Shown: positions 36,172 to 46,821 of the stretch, piece by piece
Numbering within the stretch: position 1 is the first letter of the stretch
How the letters are laid out: every line of letters starts with the position of its first letter
Source of the DNA: Azolla caroliniana
Taxonomy: Eukaryota; Plantae; Polypodiophyta
Length of the DNA stretch: 64,000 nucleotides
Reading direction: 5' to 3'
NCBI GenBank assembly: GCA_043228905.1
Contig: JBHGNT010000017.1
Span: forward strand, 18,042,001 to 18,106,000
Notes under the pieces: model-generated
Told to the model about the DNA's origin: nothing
The model's input: the letters and a program-made list of their open reading frames with translations, nothing else
Database searches by the model: none
Made by a program: the position numbers and the translations under genes

Positions 36172-39100
36172 GCAGAACGAGAAATCTATATTCAAAAATC
36201 TTGTAAAATTCTCTATACATACAACGTGCTCATTAGCATTATTTATACAAGTCCTCGGAGGACTGACAGAAGTACAGCGTACTTCAATGCTCACACGAGC
36301 ATTTGACACTAACTACGAGACTATTAATGCCTAGTAGTCTAGGCTACTAGTAGGCTTCCAGTTACTACTGCCCCCAGCTCACCGGCTCATTAGCTCATCG
36401 GGTTCTCACCAGCTCACCGATCTATCTCGCTCACGGGGCTCAGGCTTATTCAGCCGATCCGGCTCCAGTTGAGCTTGCCACTCAACACTCCCCCTCAAGC
36501 TCAACTTGAGGTTGGTTTGTAGTGTCAGTGTCCGTGGTAGACAATCCTTCCACCCGGCTCGCGCTCCTCGTCCGGTCCAGTCTCTTCTGCCACAACCCCT
36601 CTGGTTCTTCGCACCTCGACCTCCTTGGTCGGCATGTCTGCTCAACAAGCCCAATTCAACTCCCTCGCTATTGTGACTTTGGCGCTTGTCGACCCGTCGA
36701 TTCCTTCGTGTTGGCGTCGACTTTCGTTGCCTTCTCGTCCGCTTGGCCTTTCAGATTTGTCTGAATCGGCACGCTTTTTCCAGCACTCGCTTTCTCTGTG
36801 GCCCTTTTTGCCACAATACCAGCATTCTGTGTCGGCCTTTGCTTGCCGGCCTCCGGCGCCGCCTTGACTCTCCCTGCTTGTAGAGGGTCCGGAACTACTG
36901 TCGGCACGATCTTTGTGCCGTCTTTCCTGCTCTTGTCAACTGCCTCCATTGCTGCCGACCCACCTCGTCTTCCATGCCCACGAGGCCTATCCGCCTCCGT
37001 GTAAAGCATTCGGTTGTCTGTGGGTGCACTTGTTGATGCACCGGCGTGGTTCTCCTCTACAAGGAGGATCAACTGTAAGTCGAAAAACGACGACGTATTC
37101 TCTCTTGTGCATACTGCTATCCGGAAAACTCGGAACTTAGACACCAAGCCCCCAAGACATACCTGTACCATCTCATTTTCCTCTACAGTGACGTTGATAG
37201 AGGCAAGTGAGTCAAAGATCTCTTTGATCCAGACCGTGTAAGTGTAATCAGCCACCGACATGTCCTTTTGTCGGACATTGCTTAATTCTTGTTGGAGTTG
37301 TAGCTTCCGGGCTATAATGCTTGCGGCGAAGACCTTCTTTAGTTTTCCCCAATCTTCCTTTGGCGTCTTGGCATCTCGGATGTGGCTCAACAGCTAGTCT
37401 CCGACACTGGACGCAAAACAGTACATCACCCTGCTTGCCGCTTGTTCCCACTCTAGGAAGTCCTTGTGTGTCGCATCAGGTGTTGTGTTGTAAAAGAAAT
37501 AGCGTGCAGAAGCAATATAAAACCGAACACAGAAACGCAGGTTTAATGGAGAGCTTAGAATATACATAGTATGCGGGAGAGACAGAGAGAGAGAGCACAC
37601 AGAAAATCAATTCAAAAAGAATACTCAATGTGTGCATCGTATGTGTTCAGTGAACACTTTTATACAAGTCCATACAGACTGATAGAAGTACGGTATACTT
37701 CAACGCTCACATGAGTGTCTGACACTAACTTCGACACATTAACTACCTAGCAGCCTAGGCTGTTACTAAACTTCCAGTTATTGCAGGTTCCGGCTAACCG
37801 GCTCCCTAGCTCACTGGCTCACCAATACGGCTCATCCTTCCGGATGCCGATCCGGATCCAGTTGAGCTTTCCGCTGAACACTCCCCCTCAAGCTCAACTT
37901 GAGGTTGGATCGTAGTGTCAATCTCCATGGCAGTCGGTCCTTCCACCCGGCTCCTTCTAGCGTCACTCCGCCTCACTCGCGCTCCTCGTCCAGCCGGTCC
38001 TGTTTGCCGCGACCCTTTTGTTTTTGCGCACCTCAACCTCCTCGGTCGGGTTGTTTGCTCAACAAGCCCAAATCAGCTCCCTCGTTGTTGTGACTTCGGC
38101 GCTTGTCGATTCACCGATTCCTTCTTGTTGGCGTCGACTTTTGTTGCCTTCTCATCCTCTTGGCCTTGAATTGATCCGGTTCTTCTGAATCTGTCTGTTG
38201 AACCGAATCAACTGTCTCTTATTCGTTCCAGCTCTTGTTCGAATCGGTCGCTCCCAATTTGTCTTCCGGTTCCAGGCCCTTCATTACATCAGACCATGTC
38301 CGGGTCTTGGCCTTCTTCTTCCGGTTGACTCTATCCTTGTTGACTCTGTCGCCGCTACCACTTGTTCCGACTTGTTTGGATGTCAACTCGGCTCCTTTCT
38401 TCTTCTTGTCTCCCCCTTTGTCGGTTCTTCCCTCACCAGCGCAACCGGCAATTTCTTTGCCTTTGCCTGTTCCGGTGTCTTTGCTCGTGCCCGTTCTCCC
38501 CCTCAAGTGTGGCACGTCGAGATGCTGAACACCAAGCATTTCGGTGAAGTGTTACAACTTGTCCGATCCGAGCGGTTTGGTGAAGATGTCGGCAACTTGC
38601 TGATCCGTATGAACATACCGAAGTTCGACTTCACCGCTCAGGACAAGCTCATGCACAAAGTGGTAGTGCACTTCTATGTGCTTTGTGTGAGCATGGAATA
38701 CGGGGTTCTTGGCGAGCTGCATGCTGCTCATGTTGTCACAGTAGATCAGGATCGGAGTCGGCACCTTGATCCACAGGTCTTGCAGCAGTCGCCGAAGCCA
38801 AATGGCTTCACAGGTGGCAATGGTAACGCCCCGGTAGTCAGCCTCAGTGCTCGAGAGGGCCACTATTGGCTGCTTTTTGCTGCTCCACGCAACAGCCGTG
38901 CTACCAAGGGAAAACATATAGCCGGAGGTGGATCGGCGATCCGATGCATCGCCGGCCTGGTCGGCATCGGTGTAGCCGACTAGCTCTTCGGTTATACCAT
39001 GCCAGTTTAACAGTCCTCGTTCCTTCGTGCCGCTCCCATAGCGCAAAATTCGATGCGCGCACAGAAGGTGCTCCACGGTCGTCTTCTATATATATTGGTT

Positions 39101-42100
39101 GATCACGCCAACCGGATAACTGATGTCGAGTTGGGTGATTGTCGAATATATAAGGCTTCCAACGATTTGTCGGAACCGTTTCTCATGGCAGGCCGGTCTA
39201 TAGTCGGGACGGACCTTCTCGTTCCGGTCCAGGGGTGTAGAGATCGGGCGGCATTCCGTCATGCCGAACTTGTACAGCATATTCAACACATAGTGTCGTT
39301 GTGAGAGCAATATGCCGTCGAGGGTTCAGATCACCTCGATCCCAAGGAAACAGTGAAGTTCCCCCACGTCCTTCATCTCAAATGCGTCCGACAGTTGGGA
39401 CTTGACTCGGTTGATTTCATCGAGTCCAGGTCCGGTGATGACTAGATCATCAACATACAACAGGATGCAAACTGAACCGTCCGGACCTTGCCGGATGAAC
39501 AACGAAGAGTCAGACTTAGAGGCCGCAAACCCCATCTTACGCAACCGATGCGTGATCGTGGCATTCCAAGCTCGGGGGGCTTGCTTCAGGCCATAAAATG
39601 ACTTCTTCAACCGGCATACCGCCGACTTGTTCATCGCTGACTGGAAACCGGGGGGTTGGGTCATAAGGACCTCTTCTTCAAGATCGCCTTGAAGAAATGC
39701 ATTCTTCACATCCATCTGGTGAAGATACCACCCCCGTGCCGCAGCAACCGCCAACAGCACATGAACTGTCGTCATCTTCGCTACCGGAGCGAAGGTCTCG
39801 TCGTAGTCGATTCCGTGGGTCTGCGCGTATCCCTTCGCCACTAACCGGCCCTTGTACCGGTTAACCGAACCGTCGGCATTGTACTTTACCTTGTACACCC
39901 ACTTACGTCCGATCGATTTACAGTGTCAGGGAGGGTTAACTAGGTCCCATGTGTCGTTGGCATCAAGTGCCCGCATTTCTTCCTCCATAGCAGCACACCA
40001 ATTTTCATCCCTTGCCGCTTCTGCGTAGCTCTTCGGCTCACGCACTTCCGCCACCTTGGTCATGTACGCATATCGATGCGCCATGTTCTCATTGTACCCA
40101 TACCGCCTCACGGGGTTCTTCTGGCGGGAAGACCGGCGTAACTTATCGTTACCCGGTTTGAGGTCCTTCTTGGCCGGTTCAAACTTCACTCTCAAAGATC
40201 CACCTTCATCCTTTCCGTAGTCGGATTCGCTCCGATCCGACTCAATTCTTTGCGCGTGAACCGTCTCCTCGGTTCCTTGCGCAGGGAGAGCACGGCAGAG
40301 TCTCCATTACTCGTCGGTTCTTCATTGGACTGGTCATCCCGACTCACCCGCTCATTCGGTCCACTTAACCAAAATGAGGTTGGACTCTCTTCTAGAGTGC
40401 CAAGGTTTCATCTTCTAACTGGACCGATTCAGGCTCACTAGCCTCATCCTCCGGTATCGGCTCGGGGTCGGAAGTCGGAGCCGGTAAGGCATACCATGAT
40501 GCCGTCTCATCAAACTCAACATCCCGGCTAACTCAGACCTGCTTCGTCCGGGGGTTATAACATTTATACCCCTTTTGCTCATGCGAGTAACCGACCAGGA
40601 TGCATTTCTCTGACTTTGCATCCAACTTCCTCCGCTTCTCATCCGGCACATGCACATATGCAATGCTACCGAATATCCGAAGGTGTCTCAAATTCGGCTT
40701 GCGCCCGAAATATAGCTCATGCACGGACACCTTGTCACCAATCCGGTTTTGGATGTAGACGACCGTCCGGACTGCCTCCGCCAAGTAGAAATGGGGCATG
40801 CTCTTCTCCTCTAGCATTGCCCTTGCCACGTCAACAATCGACCGGTTCTTCCTTTCGGCCACACCATTTTGCTCCGGTGTGTATCTATAGTAGAACTCTC
40901 TCTAAATTCCTTTCTACTGCAGATAACTGTTGAATTGGCTGGAAAAATATTCTTTTCCGCCATCCAACCGCAGGCACTTGATATTCCTCTCCGTTTCCCG
41001 TTCAACCCGGCTTTGCAGGTTCCGGAAACACTCGAAGACTTCGCTCTTCCGCTCAATGAGGTAGATCCATATGTGCCAGATGTAGTCATCGATGAAGAAG
41101 ATGAAATACCGACTCCCGCCAAGACTAACGTTCTGTGCCGGTTCTCATACATCCGAATGAATAAGGTTGAGCTTGTTACGGCTACGGTTTCGTTCAGTGG
41201 GGAATAGAAGCCGGTGTTGCTTCCCGAGTTGGTAGACTTCACATATTTGGGCCTTCCGGCCACTGAACTTCGGCAAACCGAAAACAACTTGTTTCGTTTG
41301 TAGGACTTGAAGCCACCGGTAATTGATGTGGCCAATCCACTTGTGCCAAAGATCAATATCCGATTCAATCTTCTGTCCTTTGGCGATCAAAGCGGTGTCA
41401 ACGTCATTAGTGTCGAGGATGAACATCCTCCCATCTTTGCGCCCTTGCACAATGATTTGGCCCTCTTCCTCGATGAAGCACCCAAGGTGCGTAAACCGCA
41501 CCTGTATCCCCTAGTTAACGATCTAACTAACTGACACCAGGTTCTTCGTGATAGTCGGAATGTGTAATACGTTCATCAGCTTCCCCCTCTGTCCAACATG
41601 GATCAAAGGGACTTCTCCGACATGCACGATTGGGTGTGGAGTGTCATCTCCGGTTTCGACAACTCCTGGTTGTTCCGGTTTCTCCAAGAAAGAGAACCAC
41701 TCTTTGTGGTTCGTCATGTGATTCGACGCATTGGAATCAACATACCACACTTCCTCTGATTTGGAAGTGGTCTGCTTCATCGAGTTAGCCTCGTGTTTTA
41801 TCACCAAGGTTGGCCCTTTACTGGCTTTTCCGGTTTTGGATCCTCCCGATCCTTCTGCGTAGTGCAAGTATTGTTGGTTCTCTCTGTCGGCCTTGCTGGA
41901 TCCGGATCTGTCCAAATCGGCGCGCTTCTTCCAACACTCGCTTTCTCTGTGGCCCTTTTTACCACAATACCAACATTTTGTGTCGGCCTTTGCTTGCCAG
42001 CCTCCGGCGCCGCCTTGACTCCCCCTGCTTGTGGAGGGTCTGGAACTACTATCGGCACGTTCTTTGTGCCTTTGGTCCTGCACTTGCCGGCTGCTACCAT

Positions 42101-42494
42101 TGCGAGCCGACCCGCCTCATCCACCACGCCCACGGGGCCGATCCGCTTCCGTGTACAGCATCCAGCTATTGGTGGGTGCACTTGTTGATGCACCGGCGTG
42201 GTTCTCCTCTACAAGGAGCATTGACTATAAGTCGAAAAATGACGGTGTATTCTCCCTTGTACACACAGTAATTCGGAATGCTCCGAACTTTGACGCCAAT
42301 CCCCCAAGACAGATCTGCACCATCTCGCTTTCCTCGACATTCACATCAATGGAGGCTAAGGAGTAGCATATATCTTACTAGGACCAAATGGTCAAAACAA
42401 GGAGTGCGTAGAGATAGGCACAAGACGATTAGAGGGTGCTTAAGCTAAACAAGAGAAAGTAGGCAACATACACTAATGAGAGAGAGAGAGAGAG

Positions 42495-42570
42495 AGAGAG
42501 ATGTTTTTAATTCAAAGAGGGAGAGATGTTTTTAATTCAAAGAGGGAGAGATGTTTTTAATTCAAAGAGG
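42495..42570. repeat. Three tandem 25-bp units followed by (CT)n in the PLE 3' region
   Basis: GAGAGATGTTTTTAATTCAAAGAGG x3; reads ATTAAA on the element strand. Confidence 0.85.
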
Positions 42571-42574
42571 GTGG

Positions 42575-42629
42575 TGGTCTTAGGCAAACTAGTTTCGCTC
42601 AATAGTGGAGCTCTTCAGTGCAAAGACCA
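42575..42629 (-). ncRNA. Type I minimal hammerhead ribozyme
   Basis: Minus strand UGGUCUU-U-GCA CUGAAGA GCUC-CACUAUU-GAGC GAAA C-UA-G UU UGC-CU-AAGACCA: full core, stem I, stem II and palindromic mini stem III (AACUAGUU). Confidence 0.85.
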
Positions 42630-42871
42630 TTACAACAAGAGAATGTGATTTATAAAGGGGTGGGAAGGAAGAGGGAGTGAGAGAAAAAGGAGTGGGGAGG
42701 ATTTGATTTGTGTAGTAGATGAGAGAGAATAGAATGTGGTGATGAGAGAGAGAGAGAGAGAGAGAAATGTGTGTAGGAAAGTGATAGGGAATGAGAGAAG
42801 GGAAATTAGTATAATGATGATGGTGAGGGGGGAGTTTTTAATGTGATGAAAAAGGGGGATTTGGGATAATA

Positions 42872-43073
42872 TTAAGTGGGGGATGTGGGTGAATTATTTG
42901 AAAACTTAGTGTTAAGTGGGGGATTTGGGTGGATTGTTTGAAACTTTAGTCTTAAGTGGGGGATTTGGGTGGATTGTTTGAAAATTTAGTCTTAAGTGGG
43001 GGATTTTGGTGGATTGTTTGAAAACTTAGTTTTAAGTGGGGGATTTTGGTGGATTTTTTGAAAACTTGGTCTT
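42872..43073. repeat. Five tandem 40-bp units overlapping the PLE stop codon
   Basis: AAGTGGGGGATTTGGGTGGATTGTTTGAAAACTTAGTCTT-like unit x5. Confidence 0.9.
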
Positions 43074-44747
43074 AACTAGGAGGGCATTTAAGGACTTAGA
43101 TTTTGTCCAACATACGAAAGGGCGTGAGATGCTTGTAAGCTCGGGATCTAACATTAAGTCATTATAGAGATTTTTTAGAAAACTATGAATGCCTAGTTTT
43201 GGGGTATGTTTGGTGTATCTAAGTTTAAAGATTGTGGGGTTAAGGGAAGTAATAGTTTTGGGTTGATATAGGAGTGTTTTTCTAAGACTAAAAGGTATTT
43301 TCTTATAGCATTTTAGTATAAAGGATGGAGGGTAACCACGGTTAACTAGTCTATTGAAAAAGAGTTTTTTCATTTGGTAGAAACCTAATGGGGTGCTTTC
43401 TCTAATAAGATATCTCTTCACTTCATTAGTGATAAAGTGTTGTTTCGTATGGGAAGGATGATCCGATGAAAAAGGCAAGTATTGGTATGAATTGAGAGGT
43501 TTTTGAAAACAATTGAATAAGAAAGATGAATTTTTGAGGTTGATCCATATGTCTAAAAAAGGTAGCCGAAAGGGGGAAGTTTGAATGGTAAGCTTGATGG
43601 AGTTATTTGTGTGTGAAGGGTAAAAGTCGAGATATTCTAAAAGTTGAGATTTGGTGCCTGTCCAGACCCCAAATGCATCATCAATATAGCGGGTGAAGTA
43701 GAAGAGATGGGGGGGCGATGGTTGTAAGTTTTCGAGATATACTAAAAAGAGGCATGCATATACGACTGAAAAGTTGCTACCCATGGCCGTACCTTTTATT
43801 TGTTGGTAAACTACGTCATCGAAAGTGAGATAGTGATATTCTAAAATAAGGGCACTAAGGGTATAGATGAGATTTGTTTTCGAAGGGGAAAAGTGGGGGG
43901 TGATTAGACTACGTAGGGCTTGGAGTCCTAACTTAGGGGGGATACTAGGATAGAGAGATTCAACGTCAAACGTGAATAAGAAACTATTAGATGGTGGGTG
44001 TAGGTTTTCTAGTGATTGGATTAGTGTGTGAGAGTCTTTTAGATATTGTGGTTGGAGAAGGAGGATTGGTAAAAGTTGGTGGTGTAACCACTTCGATGTT
44101 TGTTCAAATAAGGAGTTATTATATGAACAAATGGGCCGGAAACCCATAGGTGTTTTGTGTAATTTAGGGAGGAAATAGAGGTTGGATACTTGATATCCTT
44201 TTTTGGGTTTGTGGAGGATGAAATTAGCTTCAATTGGGGAAAGTGTACCTAAGTGGTTTGTTATTATGTTATTAAGGCGGTATAGTAACTCTTCCAAGGG
44301 GAAGTGGCTGACTCTCTTATAGGTGGTAGAATTCGAGAGGTGTTCTATGGCTTTGGTGTAGTATGTGTCTTTATCTAGAACACATACTCCCATATTTTTA
44401 TCGGCTGGGAGGATGATAATGTGTTTGTTGTGTTGGAGGCTTTTAAAGGCTCTAGAGAGGTGGTATGGGATTCTAGTGTTTATGGGTTTAGTGTTGTGTG
44501 CTATTTGGTTAAGGATGTGTTGGTGTTTTTCTATTATGGAGACTAGGGGTGGATATTCTGTGGGTGGCATCCAACTAGGGTTAGGTAGTTTGAAGGGGTT
44601 GAGAGGAAGTGAAGGTGTATTTCTAAAAAAATGTTTTAGCTTGAGGGATCTCGAGAGGTGGGTGAATTCTTTTAGGATATTGTTGGGTGAGGGAGGTGGG
44701 GATGGTAGGATATACTTAAGGCCTAGGTTTAGCAATTGTGTTTCATT
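43032..44747 (-). CDS. Penelope-type reverse transcriptase plus thumb, uninterrupted (~570 aa), no C-terminal GIY-YIG; start missing
   Basis: LLNLGLKY, ILPADKNMG, YFLPKLHK, RPICS, TFDVESLYPSI, QIKGTAMGS, YFTRYIDD, LPFLDI, YLPFSSDHP, NRGYP. Confidence 0.9.
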   Translation of the reverse strand, partial: NETQLLNLGLKYILPSPPPSPNNILKEFTHLSRSLKLKHFFRNTPSLPLNPFKLPNPSWMPPTEYPPLVSIIEKHQHILNQIAHNTKPINTRIPYHLSRAFKSLQHNKHIIILPADKNMGVCVLDKDTYYTKAIEHLSNSTTYKRVSHFPLEELLYRLNNIITNHLGTLSPIEANFILHKPKKGYQVSNLYFLPKLHKTPMGFRPICSYNNSLFEQTSKWLHHQLLPILLLQPQYLKDSHTLIQSLENLHPPSNSFLFTFDVESLYPSIPPKLGLQALRSLITPHFSPSKTNLIYTLSALILEYHYLTFDDVVYQQIKGTAMGSNFSVVYACLFLVYLENLQPSPPHLFYFTRYIDDAFGVWTGTKSQLLEYLDFYPSHTNNSIKLTIQTSPFRLPFLDIWINLKNSSFLFNCFQKPLNSYQYLPFSSDHPSHTKQHFITNEVKRYLIRESTPLGFYQMKKLFFNRLVNRGYPPSFILKCYKKIPFSLRKTLLYQPKTITSLNPTIFKLRYTKHTPKLGIHSFLKNLYNDLMLDPELTSISRPFVCWTKSKSLNALLVKTKFSKNPPKSPT

Positions 44748-46821
44748 TTGCTGGATCCGGATCTGTCCAAATCGGCGCGCTTCTTCCAGCACTCGCTTTC
44801 TCTGTGGCCCTTTTTACCACAATACCAACATTTTGTGTCGGCCTTTGCTTGCCAGCCTCCGGCGCCGCCTTGACTCCCCCTGCTTGTGGAGGGTCTGGAA
44901 CTACTATCGGCACATTCTTTGTGCCTTTGGTCCTGCACTTGCCGGCTGCTACCATTGCGAGCCGACCCGCCTCATCCACCACGCCCACGGGGCCGATCCG
45001 CTTCCGTGTACAGCATCCAGCTATTGGTGGGTGCACTTGTTGATGCACCGGCGTGGTTCTCCTCTACAAGGAGCATTGACTATAAGTCGAAAAATGACGG
45101 TGTATTCTCCCTTGTACACACAGTAATTCGGAATGCTCCGAACTTTGACGCCAATCCCCCAAGACAGATCTGCACCATCTCGCTTTCCTCGACATTCACA
45201 TCAATGGAGGCTAAGGAGTAGCATATATCTTTGATCTTCAAGGTGTAATCAGTCACTGACAAATCGCGTTGTCGTAGGTTGCTCAACTCCTGTCGGAGTT
45301 GAAGCTTCCTGGTTGTAGTTCTTGCGGCGAAAATCTTCTTCAGATTTCCCCAAGCATCTTTCGGCATTTTTGCATCCCGAATGTAGCTTAGGAGTTGTTT
45401 GCCCAGACAAGACGCGAAGCAATACAATACTCTACTCGTCGATTTTTCCCACATAGGGAAATCTCTGTGTGTCGATTCGGGTGCTATGTCATTTGCTCCA
45501 TTGACATAGCTCCAGTAACCGTGCCTGAGCAGGTACTGGTGCATCTTGTAGGACCAAGATGCGTAGTTGTTTCTGTCAAGCTTCTCCGTTGGAAGCGAGC
45601 TAGCCATGCCTCTATCCATCGGTTTTTACCTGTTCTTCTTGGTTGGTTTTCTTTTCAAGTTATGTCGGCTGCAGAGGTTCTCAACCCTCACGCTCTGATA
45701 CCATGTAAAAGGAATAGCGTGCGGAAGCAATAGAAAACCGAACACAGAAACACAAGTTTAATGGAGAGCTTAGAATATACATAGTACGCGGGAGACAGAG
45801 AGAGAGAGAGCACATAGAAAATCAATTCAAAAATAATACTCAATCTATGCATCGTATGTGTTCAGTGAACACTTTTATACAAGTCCATACGGACTGACAG
45901 AAGTACGGTATACTTCAACGCTCACACGAGCGTCTGACACTAACTTCGAGACATTAACTACCTAGCAACCTAGGTTGTTACTAAGCTTCCAGTTACTGCT
46001 GGTTCCGGCTAACCGGCTCCCCATCTCACCGGCTCTCTTGCTCACCGGCTCACCGATCTGGCTCATCCTTTCGGATGTCGATTCGGATCCGGTTGAGCTT
46101 GCCACTCAACATGTGTCGTTAGCTCCGTCGACATAGCTCCAGTAACCATGCCCAAGCAAGTACTAGTGCATCTTGTATGACCAAGATGTGTAGTTGGATC
46201 TGTCGAGCTTCTCCATTGGGAATGAGCTAGCCATTCCTCTATCCATATCTTTTTGTGTCTGTTCTTACCGGGTGTTAGGGTTTGTCTTTAGAAGCTATGT
46301 CAGCCTCAAAGGTTCTCAACACTCGCGCTCTGATACCATGTTAAGACTAACGTGTGGAAGCGTTTAGACAAACAGGTTTACCGGCAAAAACAGAAAACAG
46401 AAAAATAAGGAGTTAAACGCAAGAGATACGCTTACGCGGGAGAGACAAAGAGAGAGAGACTGTGTGTGAGCAAAACAAGACATCTATATTCAAAACTCTT
46501 GTAAAATTCTCTACAACGTGCTCATCAGTACTATTTATACAAGTCCTCAGAGGACTGACAGAAGTACAACGTACTTCAATGCTCACACAAGCATCTGACA
46601 CTAACTACGAGACTATTAATGCCCACTAGTCTAGGCTACTACTAGGCTTCCGGTTACTACTGGACCCAGCTAACCGGCTCCCCAGTTCACCAGTTCGTTA
46701 GCTCACTAGGTTCTCCCCGGCTCACCGATCTATCTCGCTCACCGGCTCAGGCTTATTCAGCCGATCCAGCTCCAGTTGAACTTGCCGCTCAACACTTTAC
46801 CTTTTTATTGATGTACCCAAA

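Larger units (their letters stand above)
42377..44747 (-). mobile_element. Penelope-like retroelement (5'-truncated) inserted in element G gag
   Basis: PLE-type RT, hammerhead ribozyme, strong strand base skew unlike the flanks, flanked by a 484-bp direct duplication of copia gag. Confidence 0.9.
41893..45231. repeat. 484-bp direct duplication 41893-42376 / 44748-45231 flanking the PLE
   Basis: Constant offset of 2855; two mismatches seen. Confidence 0.92.
37489..46111 (-). mobile_element. Element G: full-length decayed Ty1/copia inserted in element F gag
   Basis: LTRs 37489-37880 and 45704-46111; TSD TGTGT; iMet PBS; gag from 45619, then PR, INT, RT (YVDD) and RNase H (ADIFTK) down to ~38500, with stops. 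Confidence 0.95.
36010..46794 (-). mobile_element. Element F: copia-derived gag-only (TR-GAG-like) element inserted in element E
   Basis: LTRs 36010-36487 and 46339-46794; 5-bp TSD CTTTA; iMet PBS 46327-46338; decayed gag fused directly to the 3' UTR and PPT. Confidence 0.9.

Noticed and set aside
42377-42395. Helitron-like 3' end (GACCA-TT-TGGTC hairpin then CTAG on the minus strand)
   Set aside because: The hairpin is too short and abuts CTAG, there is no Rep/helicase, and the insert is a PLE with a target duplication.
44748-44792. N-terminus MLEEARRFGQIRIQ of the 586-aa ORF as a gag-PLE fusion
   Set aside because: It comes from the duplicated copia gag read out of frame; a chance open junction.
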